Positions 1 through 11,300 of a stretch of 64,000 nucleotides of DNA are shown piece by piece. The notes under the pieces were generated by a model. The model did no database searches, was not told the origin of the DNA, and worked only from the letters and a program-made list of their open reading frames with translations. The stretch covers positions 76,893-140,892 of the forward strand of contig JBAPQW010000014.1 in the NCBI GenBank assembly GCA_049280815.1. The letters run 5' to 3'. The position numbers and the translations under genes were made by a program. Position 1 is the stretch's first letter, and each line of letters begins with the position of its first letter. This DNA comes from Verrucomicrobiia bacterium (GTDB taxonomy: Bacteria > Verrucomicrobiota > Verrucomicrobiia > Limisphaerales > UBA11358).

Positions 1-3000
1 GGAACTTATGTGGCCACGACTTCGCTGGTGGGTTCCAACGCCACCATCACCATCCAAACTGAGGTCACCAACCAAAGCGGGGTGGTGACCGCCAGCGGCA
101 ATCTGACTTCAACCATTTTTGATGCTGGCAACAACCCGGTTGCCACGGTGACTTCGGCGGTGAGCGTGCCGGCCGGCCAGGATTTGGTTGTGACGCAGAC
201 CGTGTCGTTGACGGCGAACTTGTGGTCGCTGCAAACGCCTTATCTTTACAACCTGGTTACCACAGTCAGCAACCAGAACGCGGTCGCGGATATTTACAAC
301 ACGCCGTTTGGTGTGCGGACCGTTTCGATTGATGCCACCAACGGCGTTTTCATCAACGGGCAGCATGTGTGGATTCAGGGAATGTGCAACCATCAGGACA
401 TGGCCGGGGTCGGCTCCGCCCTGCCGGACCGGCTGCAGTATTTCCGCATCGAGCGGCTGAAGCAGATGGGCGTGAACGCCTATCGGAGCTCGCACAACAC
501 GCCGACGGCGGAGCTGCTCAACGCCTGCGACCAGTTGGGAATGCTGGTGCTGGATGAAAATCGCCGGCTGGGAACCAATGCGGAGCCCTTGGGCGAGCTG
601 AGCCGTCAAATCCGCCGCGACCGGAATCATCCTTCCGTATTTATGTGGTCGCTTGCAAATGAGGAACCCCTCCAAGGCACGACCACCGGGGCGGCCATCA
701 TCCAGGTTATGCAGAACCTGGTCCACTCCTTGGACTCCACGCGCTTATGCACCGCCGCCCTGAATTCTTGGGGAGCCGGCTTTAGCTCGGTCCTGGATGT
801 GAATGGCTTCAATTATCAACTCGGCCAGCAGGATACGTTTCACACCGGCAATCCGGCTTGGCCCATCATCGGCACGGAAACGTCCAGTCAGATTACGGAT
901 CGCGGCATCTATACCAATGACACCGCGAACGGCTACGTCTGGGGTTATGACCTCAACCCGGTAAGCTGGGGGGAGACGGCGGAAGCCTGGTGGCAATATT
1001 ACTCTGCCCGTCCGTGGTCTTCCGGCGGATTCTCCTGGACGGGTTTTGATTATCGCGGCGAACCAACGCCTTACGGCTGGCCCTGCATCAACTCGCATTT
1101 TGGCACGCTGGACATGTGCGGTTTTCCGAAGGACAACTTTTATTATTATCAGGCCAACTGGACGCTCAAACCCGTGCTGCATGTCTTCCCGCACTGGAAC
1201 TGGACGACACCGGGACAACCCATCAACGTCTGGGCTTTTGGAAATTGTCAGGCGGTGGAATTGTTCACCAACGGCGTCAGCCTGGGACGGCAGGCGCTCA
1301 ATGTTCAGGGTCATGTCGAATGGGACAACGTCGCTTACACGGCAGGAACGCTTCAAGCCATTGGCTATAACAATGGGGTGGCGGTCATCACGAATTCGGT
1401 GGTCACCACCGGCGCGCCGGCGGCCATTGCGCTGATTCCCGACCGTCGCACCATTTTGGCGGACGGGAAAGATGTTTCGGTGGTGACGGTGGCCGTTCTG
1501 GATGCGCAGGGAAACCTTGTTCCAACGGCGGCCAATGAAATCAATTTCTCGATCAGCGCCGGCGCCGCCGTTCTCGGGGTCGGCAATGGCGACCCCAGTT
1601 CGCATGAGGCGGACAAAGCAAGTCAACGCGCGGTGTTCAACGGCCTGGCTCAAGTCATCGTCCAGTCAATCAATCAACCCGGCACCATTACTTTGACTGC
1701 GGCTTCCACTGGTTTGACCCCAACCAACATCATCCTTACGGAGGCCGCCACCCTGCCGCCGCCAGCCGCGCCCACAGGAGTCGCCGCCGTCGCCGGAAAC
1801 GCGCAGGTGACGGTCAGTTGGGACATCGTGCCGGGTGCGATCACCTACAACTTGTGGCGGGCCACGACCCATAATGGTCCTTACACGCTTGTTGCCGGAA
1901 ACATCGGAGGTGTTAATTTGGGTTTCACCGACAACCGCGTTGCCAATTTGACAACGTATTATTATGTGGTCACGGCCAATGGCAACGGCACCAGTGTCAA
2001 TTCGGCGGAAGTCAGCGCCACTCCCGCCGCCATCGTCACCGGCCTGACCGCCATCGCCGGCAGCGGCCAGATTATTTTGAATTGGAATGGTTCGCCGGGC
2101 GTCAGTTACAACGTGAAGCGTTCCACGGTCACCGGCGGACCCTACACCACCCTCGCGGCATCCGTCGCCAACACCAATTACACCGACAGCAGCGTGGCCA
2201 CCTGCCAGACCTACTTCTACGTGGTCACCGTCACCAATGCCGGCAACGAGAGCCTGCCCTCGGCCGAGGCCGGCGCCTCACTGCCCGGCGGAGCTCCACC
2301 GGCACCCTGGCTGAACCAGGATATTGGCTCCGTGGGATCGGCGGGCAGCGCCACATACTGCAACGGCCAATTCACCGTCTCCGGTTCCGGTGCCGACATT
2401 TGGGGCACCAACGACGCCTGCCAGTTTGTTTATGTTTATGTTCCGATCAGCACCAACTGTGACATCCGTGCCCGGGTCGTGAGCGTGCAAAATACTTCCG
2501 GCAACGCCAAGGCCGCCGTGATGATCCGCGAAACGCTCACGGCGGGTTCCCGGCAGGCCTTGGCGGATGTCGAACCGACCGCCGGAATCGAGTTTCTTTG
2601 GCGGACCAACACCGGGTTCAACACCACTTCTGCCACGGTCGCTGGACAGACCGCGCCCAACTGGGTGCGGCTGACGCGCACCAACAACACCTTCAGGGCT
2701 TATTGGTCTCCCGACGGCAATGCCTGGACCCAGATTGGAGCGCCCACCAACATCAACATGGCCGTCAGCGCCTATGCCGGCCTCGCCGTGTGTGCCCATA
2801 ATAACACCGTGCTCAACACCTCCGTGCTCGACAATGTCAGCGCCAGTTTTCTGGCGGCCAACACCGCACCGACGCTGGCACCCATCGCCAACCAGACCGT
2901 CAATGTGGGCCAGACCGTTGCGCTCAACGCCAGTGCCACCGACACTCAGACACTCACCTTCAGCCTGTTAAGCGCGCCGGCCAGTGCCACGCTCACTCAA

Positions 3001-3366
3001 CTCAACAATACCAACGCCGCCTTCAATTGGCGTCCCAAGGTGACCGACGCCAACACCACCAACCCGGTTACCCTGAAGGTGGCGGATCCCAGCAGCCTGA
3101 GCGCCACACAAAGCTTCTGGATCGTGGTCAATCCGCTCACCCTGCCCATCGCCACCTCGTTTACGTTGAACAACGGCCAGTTTGGATTCCAGGTGGGCGG
3201 TCAGGTGGGACCGGATTATGCCGTGGAGGTTTCGACGGATTTGGTCAATTGGAGTACCCTCTTCATGACCAACCCTCCGTTGATGCCGTTCTCATGGGTG
3301 GATACCAACGCGGCTGCGTTGCCAGCGCAGTTCTATCGCATCCAGGTCGGGCCGCCCCTGCCGTAA
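1..3366 (+). CDS. glycoside hydrolase family 2 multidomain secreted protein, 5' end cut by window edge
   Basis: Frame 1 is open from nt 1 to TAA 3364-3366. The translation shows a GH2 Ig-like sandwich, then TIM-barrel motifs (CNHQD, RSSHN, WSLANEE, IIGTETSS). These are followed by Big-like and two FN3-like modules (YYYVVTA, YFYVVTV), a concanavalin/LamG-like module (DIWGTND...FRAYWSPDGNAW) and a C-terminal beta-sandwich ending QFYRIQ. The GH2 N-terminal sugar-binding domain is missing, so the start lies upstream of the window. Confidence 0.85.
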   Translation, partial: GTYVATTSLVGSNATITIQTEVTNQSGVVTASGNLTSTIFDAGNNPVATVTSAVSVPAGQDLVVTQTVSLTANLWSLQTPYLYNLVTTVSNQNAVADIYNTPFGVRTVSIDATNGVFINGQHVWIQGMCNHQDMAGVGSALPDRLQYFRIERLKQMGVNAYRSSHNTPTAELLNACDQLGMLVLDENRRLGTNAEPLGELSRQIRRDRNHPSVFMWSLANEEPLQGTTTGAAIIQVMQNLVHSLDSTRLCTAALNSWGAGFSSVLDVNGFNYQLGQQDTFHTGNPAWPIIGTETSSQITDRGIYTNDTANGYVWGYDLNPVSWGETAEAWWQYYSARPWSSGGFSWTGFDYRGEPTPYGWPCINSHFGTLDMCGFPKDNFYYYQANWTLKPVLHVFPHWNWTTPGQPINVWAFGNCQAVELFTNGVSLGRQALNVQGHVEWDNVAYTAGTLQAIGYNNGVAVITNSVVTTGAPAAIALIPDRRTILADGKDVSVVTVAVLDAQGNLVPTAANEINFSISAGAAVLGVGNGDPSSHEADKASQRAVFNGLAQVIVQSINQPGTITLTAASTGLTPTNIILTEAATLPPPAAPTGVAAVAGNAQVTVSWDIVPGAITYNLWRATTHNGPYTLVAGNIGGVNLGFTDNRVANLTTYYYVVTANGNGTSVNSAEVSATPAAIVTGLTAIAGSGQIILNWNGSPGVSYNVKRSTVTGGPYTTLAASVANTNYTDSSVATCQTYFYVVTVTNAGNESLPSAEAGASLPGGAPPAPWLNQDIGSVGSAGSATYCNGQFTVSGSGADIWGTNDACQFVYVYVPISTNCDIRARVVSVQNTSGNAKAAVMIRETLTAGSRQALADVEPTAGIEFLWRTNTGFNTTSATVAGQTAPNWVRLTRTNNTFRAYWSPDGNAWTQIGAPTNINMAVSAYAGLAVCAHNNTVLNTSVLDNVSASFLAANTAPTLAPIANQTVNVGQTVALNASATDTQTLTFSLLSAPASATLTQLNNTNAAFNWRPKVTDANTTNPVTLKVADPSSLSATQSFWIVVNPLTLPIATSFTLNNGQFGFQVGGQVGPDYAVEVSTDLVNWSTLFMTNPPLMPFSWVDTNAAALPAQFYRIQVGPPLP

Positions 3367-3488
3367 GGGATGGCCTTGCCCCGTTTTGGTGGACAAGAGC
3401 ACGGGAGTTCCATTGGGGACAAATACGGTGAATGGCTATTCACGCAAAGGGGCGTATCCTTAAAAAGACGCGCCTCTTTTACTGGATT

Positions 3489-3516
3489 TTGAGTTAATTA
3501 TGATTTTACATATTAT
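3489..3516 (+). promoter_or_regulatory. putative sigma70-type promoter for the pseudopilin-like gene
   Basis: TTGAGT (3489-3494), 16-nt spacer, TATTAT (3511-3516), in an unusually AT-rich stretch about 50 nt upstream of ATG 3569. Pattern match only. Confidence 0.35.
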
Positions 3517-3568
3517 GAGAAAAGAACTATTTTTAGTTAACCCTAAATTTAACTGCCAAAAAGACACG

Positions 3569-4396
3569 ATGGACTCAAATTCCAGCAAACGGTGTGAGAT
3601 TCGCGGCCGTGGTTTTACCTTGATTGAACTCCTGGTGGTCATTGCCATCATCGCCATTCTCGCCGCGCTGTTGTTGCCGGCTTTGGCCAGCGCCAAGGAA
3701 AAGGCCCGGCGAACCCAGTGCCTGAACAATTTGAAACAACTGGGCCTGGCGTCAAACATGTATAACACCGACAATCAGGATTTTATGGCGTGGCCAAACT
3801 GGGGAAATAATAGCGATGAGCCCCCCGGCTGGCTGTATCAGGGAGATCCCACGACCTTCCCCATCACCACCTATAGGGGTGGTCCAAATACCGTTAACAA
3901 TTGGGGTCAATATCAGCAAGTTCACCTGATGCAGGGAACCTTTTGGCAATATGTGCCCAATGGAAAGGTGTTCCTTTGTCCGAATGATCTCCAGCCAACC
4001 TATAACCCGGCCGCCCTTTGGGCCCAGCGCACCATGACTTTATCCACTTACATCATGAATGGAGCGGTTTGTTATTATCCCAACCCTTACAATCAGTATG
4101 CTTATAAAGCCTGCAAGGCAAGTCAGGTCTGGAGTCCAGTATGTTATTTGTTGTGGGAGCCGGATCAGACCATAGACCCCGGTTGTTATAATGATGCGTC
4201 TAGTTGTCCCGGACCGGATTCCGTTGCTGGTGTTAACGCACAAGAAGGCCTTGGCAATCTGCATGTCAAAGGCGGGAATTTATTGTCCGTGGGTGGGAGT
4301 GCCACTTACATGCTGCCCCAGGACTATACCAACGAATTGAATATTCCCGCCAAAAACCTTCTGTTTTGGAATCCATTGACCGGTAATGGCCGTTAA
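3569..4396 (+). CDS. prepilin-type N-terminal cleavage/methylation domain protein (DUF1559/H-X9-DG-like pseudopilin)
   Basis: [35 protein letters not shown] is the class III signal/pilin N-terminus. The C-terminal H-x9-GG segment ([12 protein letters not shown]) resembles the H-X9-DG family. Start moved to ATG 3569 (M24 of ORF 3500..4396), just ahead of the basic pre-cleavage segment. Confidence 0.85.
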   Translation: MDSNSSKRCEIRGRGFTLIELLVVIAIIAILAALLLPALASAKEKARRTQCLNNLKQLGLASNMYNTDNQDFMAWPNWGNNSDEPPGWLYQGDPTTFPITTYRGGPNTVNNWGQYQQVHLMQGTFWQYVPNGKVFLCPNDLQPTYNPAALWAQRTMTLSTYIMNGAVCYYPNPYNQYAYKACKASQVWSPVCYLLWEPDQTIDPGCYNDASSCPGPDSVAGVNAQEGLGNLHVKGGNLLSVGGSATYMLPQDYTNELNIPAKNLLFWNPLTGNGR

Positions 4397-4448
4397 TAAA
4401 CTTCCGCCGATCCGTAAATGAGTTGTTCAGGGACGACTATTTCAGTTT

Positions 4449-4600
4449 GTCTCGCCCTGGTTGGCAAACCAGGGATTGAGACCTCCGAAAAACAGGCGTA
4501 GCGGCTTTCGGCAGAAAGCCGCACTTTTCAATTTCTTGGAGCTTGCGGCGCTCCACCGAGACGCCGCTACGGTCAGCAGGCGGTTTTTCAGGCGTCTCGG
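4449..4600. repeat. cluster of GC-rich hairpins (REP-like), possibly including a terminator
   Basis: GTCTCgCCCTGGTT-GGCA-AACCAGGGattGAGAC (4449-4482). GCGGCTTTC-GGCA-GAAAGCCGC (4501-4522) followed by aCTTTTCAATTTC. CCGAGACGCC (4556-4565) pairs with GGCGTCTCGG (4591-4600). GTAGCGGC (4497-4504) pairs with GCCGCTAC (4563-4570). Confidence 0.5.
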
Positions 4601-4724
4601 ATTATTTGCCTCTGAACGTCATTACGGTTATGGTGTGGTAGTAAGCTGACAGCCATTGATGCGGGGTCGGGTGGTGCGGAAGTTCGACTGAAGAAACCTC
4701 GGCCGGTTGGCGGGAGGATGGTGA

Positions 4725-5474
4725 ATGGATGTCAGACGAATCGGCGCCGGTGTCATGAAAACTGATGACAATCCCATGAGAGCCATTGCATGTAAGAATA
4801 GGGCAGATGTGAACATAGCTGTATCAATCATTGAGGACGATGCGCCGGCACGAGGCATACTGGCGGATTGGATCAGCCGCACGCAGGGTTTCAGTTTCAC
4901 CGGCGCGCATGGCAGCGGGGAGGCCGCGCTGGCAACCTTGCCCGCGGAGAAGCCAACGGTGGTGCTGATGGATATCAACCTGCCGGGCATGAACGGGATT
5001 GAATGTGTGCGCCGGCTCAAACCCTTGCTGCCGGACACCCAATTCGTAATGCTCACCGTGTATGAGGATTCCGAGCACATCTTCAACGCGCTCGCCGCCG
5101 GTGCCAGCGGTTACCTGTTAAAGCGGATGCCCCGCGACGAGCTGCTTGCCGCCCTCAAGGACGTTCACGCCGGCGGATCACCCATGACCAGCAACATTGC
5201 CCGCAAAGTCGTCCAGTCATTCCAGCAACCGGGCGCGCCGATTTCAGCCGGCGAGGACCTTTCTCCGCGCGAGCGGGAGGTTTTGGGATTGCTCGCCCGC
5301 GGTTATCTCTACAAGGAAATTGCGGTTTCGCTCCAGATCGGCGTGCCGACCGTGAACACCTACATCCGGCGCATTTACGAGAAGTTGCATGTCCGTTCCC
5401 GTTCCCAGGCCGTGGCGAAATATGGCCATGTCCCCGGCGCCGTCGGCACCAGCGGACCGCGCGCTGCCAAATAG
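4725..5474 (+). CDS. response regulator, NarL/FixJ family (REC + LuxR-type HTH)
   Basis: REC motifs (IIEDD, VVLMDINLPGMNG, MLTVYED, GASGYLLK) and a LuxR HTH (LSPREREVLGLLARGYLYKEIAVSLQIGVPTVNTYIRRIYEKLHV). The start is uncertain (4725, ATG 4755 or ATG 4776). No histidine kinase gene is adjacent. Confidence 0.9.
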   Translation: MDVRRIGAGVMKTDDNPMRAIACKNRADVNIAVSIIEDDAPARGILADWISRTQGFSFTGAHGSGEAALATLPAEKPTVVLMDINLPGMNGIECVRRLKPLLPDTQFVMLTVYEDSEHIFNALAAGASGYLLKRMPRDELLAALKDVHAGGSPMTSNIARKVVQSFQQPGAPISAGEDLSPREREVLGLLARGYLYKEIAVSLQIGVPTVNTYIRRIYEKLHVRSRSQAVAKYGHVPGAVGTSGPRAAK

Positions 5475-5559
5475 TCGCGGGCGATGGAAGCCGGACGGCT
5501 GCCGTTGCTTCGGCCGGAATAATATGGGTTGCCCGCTGGCTTCCGGCTTCAAAATCGAA

Positions 5560-7134
5560 TCAATGCCCTGCCACCGCCCGGACCGGCTGCCGGATGATCC
5601 GTTTGAAAAGAAAGATCAGCGGCACACAACCCAGGGCGAGCAGGCCGAACAGCCGGAAATTATCCACAAACGCCCACAGGTGCGCCTGGTGGTCCAGGGT
5701 CTGGTAAATGAGGCTGGTGGCCTGGGCTTTGGCGGTCACGGTGTCGGTATGACGGGCCAGCGTGTGTTGCAAGCCGTCCAGCTGACGCGTGAACGCGAGG
5801 TCGAGCGGCGTCAAGTGCCCGACCATCAGCGCCTGGTGTACCTGGGCGCCGCGCGCCAGCATCGTGGTGACGAAAGCGATGCCGATGCTGCCGCCGAGGT
5901 TGCGCGTGAGGTTGTAAATCCCGGTGGCGTTGCCGAGTTGCTGTTGGCGCAACTGGCTCATGGTCGCCGTGGTCAGCGGGACAAAAATGAAACTGATGGC
6001 AATGCCGTTGACCACGCTGGGCCAGATGACGCGCAGCTGGCTCACTTGCAGGGTGATGTCGCTCAACATGAACGACGACACGGCCAGCATGGTGAATCCG
6101 AAACACAGCAGCCATCGCGCCCGGATGCGCCCCACCAGTCGCCCGACGATGAACGTGGTGACAAACGCCGCGATGCCGCGGGGGCTCATCGCATAACCGC
6201 TTTGCAAGGCCGGATAGCCCATCAAGGTCTGCAAAAACAGCGGCAATTCCGCCGTCGTGCCGTATAGAATCGCAGCCAGCGACAGCATCAGGAGGAGGCC
6301 GACGGTGAAGTTGCGGTTTTTGAACACGCGCAAATCCACCAGCGGATGCTCGGCCGTGAATTCCCGCGCGATGAATCCGATCAGCGAAAAGGCCGAGATC
6401 ACCACGAGCCAGCAAATCCAGTTGGATTGAAACCAGTCCTCCTCCTGTCCCTTGTCCAGGGTGATTTGCAGCGTCGCCAGCCAGACCGCCAGCAGGCCGA
6501 ACCCGATGAAGTCAATGTCGGCCTTCTCGTCGCGTTTGATGTAGGGCGGATCCTCGACCAGCCATTGTTGCAGGAACACGGCCGCAATGCCAAACGGCAC
6601 GTTGATGTAAAAAATCCAGCGCCAGGAATAATTGTCGGTGATCCAGCCGCCGAGCGTCGGGCCGAGGATCGGCGCCACCACCACGCCCATGGCAAACATC
6701 GCCATGGCCGAGCCGCGCTTGTTCATCGGAAAACTTTCCAGCAGCACCGCCTGGGCGATGGGCACCATCGCACCGCCGCCGATGCCCTGAAAAATGCGCG
6801 CCAGGATCAGCGTTGGCAGATTCCACGCCAGCCCGCACAACACCGAGGCGAACGTAAACAGCATCACGCAGGAAAGCAGCACCCGCTTCCGGCCGAAATA
6901 ATTTCCCAGCCAGCCGGTCATGGGCAGGATGATGGCGTTGGAAACGAGATAGCTCGTCAGCACCCAGGTCGCTTCGTCGGTCGTGGCGGACAGGCTGCCG
7001 GCAATGTGCGGCAACGCGATGTTGGCGATGGACGTGTCGAGCACCTCCATGAACACCGCCATCATCACCGCCACGGCGATAAGCCACGGATTGTGGCGTG
7101 GACGCCAATCCTCGTGATGTACGCCGTCGGGCAT
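5560..7134 (-). CDS. MFS transporter, DHA2 (EmrB/QacA-like, 14-TMS) drug efflux permease
   Basis: FMEVLDTSIANIALPHIAGSL, GWLGNYFGRKRVLL and many TM segments are typical of EmrB. Start set to ATG 7134 (M34 of the ORF), 8 nt after the upstream HlyD stop at 7143-7145. Confidence 0.9.
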   Translation of the reverse strand: MPDGVHHEDWRPRHNPWLIAVAVMMAVFMEVLDTSIANIALPHIAGSLSATTDEATWVLTSYLVSNAIILPMTGWLGNYFGRKRVLLSCVMLFTFASVLCGLAWNLPTLILARIFQGIGGGAMVPIAQAVLLESFPMNKRGSAMAMFAMGVVVAPILGPTLGGWITDNYSWRWIFYINVPFGIAAVFLQQWLVEDPPYIKRDEKADIDFIGFGLLAVWLATLQITLDKGQEEDWFQSNWICWLVVISAFSLIGFIAREFTAEHPLVDLRVFKNRNFTVGLLLMLSLAAILYGTTAELPLFLQTLMGYPALQSGYAMSPRGIAAFVTTFIVGRLVGRIRARWLLCFGFTMLAVSSFMLSDITLQVSQLRVIWPSVVNGIAISFIFVPLTTATMSQLRQQQLGNATGIYNLTRNLGGSIGIAFVTTMLARGAQVHQALMVGHLTPLDLAFTRQLDGLQHTLARHTDTVTAKAQATSLIYQTLDHQAHLWAFVDNFRLFGLLALGCVPLIFLFKRIIRQPVRAVAGH

Positions 7135-7142
7135 GCGAGGGG

Positions 7143-8375
7143 TTAGTGGCCGTGAAGTTTCCGGTTCAGCACGGCCCGAAACGCCAATGCCGATGTGAAC
7201 GCCAGAAAGATTGCGCCCAGCGCCGTCACCCAATCGGGAATGCTCAGCGAACTCACCTGAACACTCGGCGTGACGGACAAGCCCGGGCCAATGGTGTGGT
7301 CGGCCGGCAATGGCCCATCAAAAACGATTTTCACCGGCACCCGCTGGACGACCTTCACGTAGTTGCCGGTGGCATTTTCCGGCGGCAACAGGCTGAACCG
7401 TGCCCCGCTGCCGGCCTGGACGCTGTCCACGCGCGCGGCAAACGACCGGTCCAGCGCATCAATGCTGACGGTGGCCCGCTGGCCGGGTTTCATGTGTTTG
7501 AGTTGCGATTCCTTGAAATTGGCAACGACCCAGACCTCGTCGGGCACGATGGACATCAACGCCTGGCCAACGTCCACATAGTTGCCCGGTTCGACGGATT
7601 TACGCGTGATGCGGCCGTCGCCCGGCGCAAAAAGTTTCGTGTAGGACAGGTTGAGTTGCGCCGCCGCCACGTTCGTTTGCGCCTCCTGCCATTGCGACAG
7701 GGCCATGCCGACCTCCGCCTCCGCGGCGGCCAGTTGCGCCTTGGACTCATCCACCTTCGAGGACTCGACGCCCACGTTTTCCTGGGCCGAGCTCAAGTCC
7801 GCCTGGGCGTTTTTGTATGCCGCCTGTGCCGCGTCGAATTCCTGGTGCGAAATCGTGTTTTCCTTCAACAATTCCTCGCTCCGTTTGAAATCCTCCTCCG
7901 CGCGCCGGGCCGTGGCGGCGGACGCCTCGGCGTCGGCCTGGGCCTTGCGGGCGCCGGCCTCGGCGGTGGCCACTTTTTTGCGCATCAAATCATCCGCGGC
8001 CAGCACCGTCTTGACATTGGCGTCCTGGGAAACCGCCCCCGCCTGTTTTTGCGCCACCGTGATGGCGGAATCCGCCGGATCCAGTTCCACGAGCAGGTCA
8101 TTCGAATGGACAAACTGATTGTCCAGAACATGAACGGCCAGAACCTGGCCGGCAATCCGGGGCGCAATGGTAACCACGTGACCCTCAATAAAAGCGTCGT
8201 CAGTGGATTCGTGCGTCAAAAAGCCGTTGAGATAGGACAGGGCGAAATACAACAGCACCGCGAACAGGACGGTCGCCGGCCACTGAAACCAGGGGGAATT
8301 CAGGCGGGCCAGCCTTGGGCCGTTGCCTTTAAAAGCGGCCGGAGGCGGATTGGCGGTGGATGGATTTTCGTTCAT
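7143..8375 (-). CDS. HlyD-family secretion protein (EmrA-like membrane fusion protein)
   Basis: N-terminal TM anchor, a long coiled-coil (AEAGARKAQADAEAS...AQLAAAEAEV), a lipoyl/beta-barrel segment (LSYTKLFAPGDGRITRKSVEPGNYV) and GNYVKVVQRVPVKI. It sits directly upstream of the MFS permease. Confidence 0.9.
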   Translation of the reverse strand: MNENPSTANPPPAAFKGNGPRLARLNSPWFQWPATVLFAVLLYFALSYLNGFLTHESTDDAFIEGHVVTIAPRIAGQVLAVHVLDNQFVHSNDLLVELDPADSAITVAQKQAGAVSQDANVKTVLAADDLMRKKVATAEAGARKAQADAEASAATARRAEEDFKRSEELLKENTISHQEFDAAQAAYKNAQADLSSAQENVGVESSKVDESKAQLAAAEAEVGMALSQWQEAQTNVAAAQLNLSYTKLFAPGDGRITRKSVEPGNYVDVGQALMSIVPDEVWVVANFKESQLKHMKPGQRATVSIDALDRSFAARVDSVQAGSGARFSLLPPENATGNYVKVVQRVPVKIVFDGPLPADHTIGPGLSVTPSVQVSSLSIPDWVTALGAIFLAFTSALAFRAVLNRKLHGH

Positions 8376-8381
8376 GGAAAT

Positions 8382-11300
8382 TCAGTTCTCGCCGCGCGCC
8401 GGTTTTTCGCCGCTGTGTTGCTTGGCGATCAAAACATAGATGGAGGGAATCACCAGCAGGGTGAACAACGTGCCAATGCTCATGCCGGCCACGAGCACGA
8501 TGCCAATCGAGTTGCGCGCCGCTGCGCCGGCGCCGGTGACGAGCGTGAGGGGAAAGTTGCCCGCGATGGTGGCCACCGTGGTCATCAACACCGGTCGCAA
8601 CCGGAGGATCGCCGCTTCCCGGATCGCCTGGGTTTTGCTCCGGCCCTGCCGCTGGAGTTCGTTGGCGAACTGCACGATCAGGATGCCGTTCTTGGAAATC
8701 AGCCCGACGAGCGTGATCAGGCCGACCTCGGAATAGATGTTCACCGAGGTGGTCCAGCCGTTCGTCCAGAACCAGAGGTTCGGGTTGGGCATCTTGAGGA
8801 AGCAGAAGATGAGCGCGCCAAAAATTGCCAGCGGCACCGAGCCGAGGATGATGATGAACGGATCGCGGAAGCTGTTGAACTGCGCGGCCAGCACCAGGAT
8901 GATCAGGATGACCGCCAGCAGGAACGCCGGGAGGAATTTATCGCCTTCCACCCGCAGAAACCGGGAGTCGCCGGTGTAATCCAGTTTGTAGCCGCTCGGC
9001 AAAATCCGGGCCGCTTCGGCCTCCAGGAATTTCAGCGCGGCGTCCAGCGGCACAATGGCGACGCCGCTGATTTTTACGGAATTCAACTGCTGGAACCGGT
9101 TCAGCGCCCGCGGCGTGGTGTGCTTTACCAGATGCGCGAACGTGCTGACCGGAATCAGCTGGCTGCCCGGCCCCTTCACGTAGGTGTTCTCCAATTGTCC
9201 GGCATTCAGCCGCACGCCGCGTTCCATCTGCGGAATGACCTTGTAGCTGCGGCCGGACAAATCAAACCGGTTCACGTAATTGCCGCCCACCAGCACGGCC
9301 AGGTCCGAGCCCACGGTTTGCAGATCGAGCCCCAGCGTGGCGACCTTGTCCCGGTCAATGACCAGTTCCGCTTCCGGCTGGTCCACCTTCGTGTCAATCA
9401 TTGGCGGAAAGGCGAACATGCCGTTGGTGGCGCAGACCTGCTGCAGCTGCTGCGCATATTTCAGGATCTGCTCCGGCTCCTCGGTGGCCGACAAAACGAC
9501 GTTCACGGGAAAATTTTCACCGCCCGTGGGCAGGGGCGGCGGCGTGACCATGAACATGCGGATGCCAGGAAGCCGGCTCACCATGGCCTGCACCTCCGGT
9601 AAGATCTGGAAAGCGGTCCGCTTCCGCTGGCCCCACGGCTTGAGCACCAGGCCGCCAAATCCGCCGTCCGGCTGCGTCAGTTGAAAAACCTGCTCCTGCT
9701 CCGGCACCGTGGCAAACAGGCTCCCGGCCAGATCCGCGTAAAATGAGGTTTGCTCGATGGTCGCATCCGGCGGCGTCTCCACGACCCCGAAGATGACGCC
9801 CTGGTCCTCCGCCGGCGCGGGTTCCTTCGCCTGCCAGGCCATCTTGAACATCGGAATGGTCAGCAACGACAGCCCGATCCAGACGGTGTAAATCATCGGC
9901 CGCCGCGCCAGCGTCCAGTCCAGCACGCGCCCGTAGAATACCTTCAGCCGGTCAAAATCGCGGTTGATGCGTCCGACCAGTCCCTGGTCCTCACGCTCGT
10001 GGCTCAACAACCGTGAGGCCATCACCGGCGACAGCGTCAAAGCGACAATGCCGGAAATCAACACCGCGCCCGCCAGCGTCAGCGCGAATTCGCGAAACAG
10101 CGAACCGGTCAGCCCGCCCTGGAAGGCGATGGGCGCATAGACCGCCGCCAGCGTGATCGTCATGGCGATCACCGGCCCGATCAGCTCCCGCGCGCCGAGC
10201 AGGGCTGCGTCCGTGGGGGTCTTGCCTTCCCGGATGTGGCGTTCCACGTTTTCGACGACGACAATCGCGTCGTCCACCACCAGGCCCACGGCCAGGACAA
10301 TGGCCAGCAGCGTGAGCAGGTTCAGGGTGAACCCAAACACCTGCATCAGGAAAACCGCGCCGATGAGCGAGAGCGGAATCGCCACCAGCGGAATCAGCAC
10401 CGAGCGGAACGACCCGAGGAACAGGAAAATCACGATGGCGACGATGATGAGCGTCACAATCAGCGTCTTCACGACTTCGTGCAACGCGTCGGAAATATAT
10501 TTGGTTGCATCGTAGGCCAGGCGGGCGTTGAGGCCGGTGGGCAGATTTTTTTGGATGGCGGCCATTTCCTGACGCACGCGTTTGACGACATCGAGCGAGT
10601 TCGCGTTGGGCAGGGCCCAGATGCCCATGAACACTGCGCGTTCGCCGCTGAAGCGCACCTCGGAATCGTAATCTTCCGCGCCGAGCACCACGTCGGCCAC
10701 GTCGCGCAGCCGCACGAGCTGGTTGCCGACCCGCCGGACGACGAGGTTTTTGAACTCCTCGACCGAGCGCAGATCGGTGTTGGCCGTGAGGTTCACCTGC
10801 ACCAGCGAACCCTTGGTGTGGCCTACAGCGGAGAGGAAGTTGTTGGCCGCCAGCGCCGTGCGCACCTCGCTCGGACTGATGTTGAAGGCCGCCAGCCGGT
10901 CGGGCTTCAGCCAGATGCGCATCGCAAAAGTGCGGCCGCCCAAAACATCCGCCTTTTGCACGCCTTCCAGCGCGGTCAGGCGCGGTTGCACCACGCGCAC
11001 GAGATAGTCCGTGATCTGGTTCGCCGCCAGGATGTCCGAGGAAAAACTCAGGTAGGCCGAGGCGAACTGCGAATCCGCCGTGGCGATGGTCAGGGCGGGG
11101 ATTTCCGCCTCGGGCGGCAGATCGTTGCGTACCTGGTCCACCTTGGAGCTGATTTCGCCCAGCGCCTTTTTGGAATCATAATTCAGCCGCAGATGCACGG
11201 TGATGGTGGAAACCCCCAGCTTGCTGGCCGATTCCATGTAATCAATGCCGTCCGCAGCCGCGATGGCGCGTTCCAGCGGCTGAGTGACAAAGCCGCGCAC

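Noticed and set aside
3430-3480. Possible terminator after the GH2 gene (GGGGCGT...ACGCGCCTC followed by TTTT).
   Set aside because: The arms pair only imperfectly, with a mismatch and a bulge, so the evidence is insufficient by eye.
5475-5559. GGAAGCCGG / CCGGCTTCC pairings between the convergent response regulator and MFS genes, considered as a terminator.
   Set aside because: Several alternative registers are possible, and neither strand has a U-tract after the stem.
7098-9602. Very long ORFs antisense or out of frame to strong genes, with R/G/H/Q/D-rich translations. Examples: 7098..9602 +, 10236..11618 +, 20217..21122 +, 22035..23417 +, 24290..25486 -, 26610..27710 -, 53024..54394 -, 56251..57264 -, 57861..58796 -.
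   Set aside because: Each lies on top of a gene with clear family motifs on the other strand or in another frame. Their translations are low-complexity. Long shadow ORFs are expected in GC-rich DNA.
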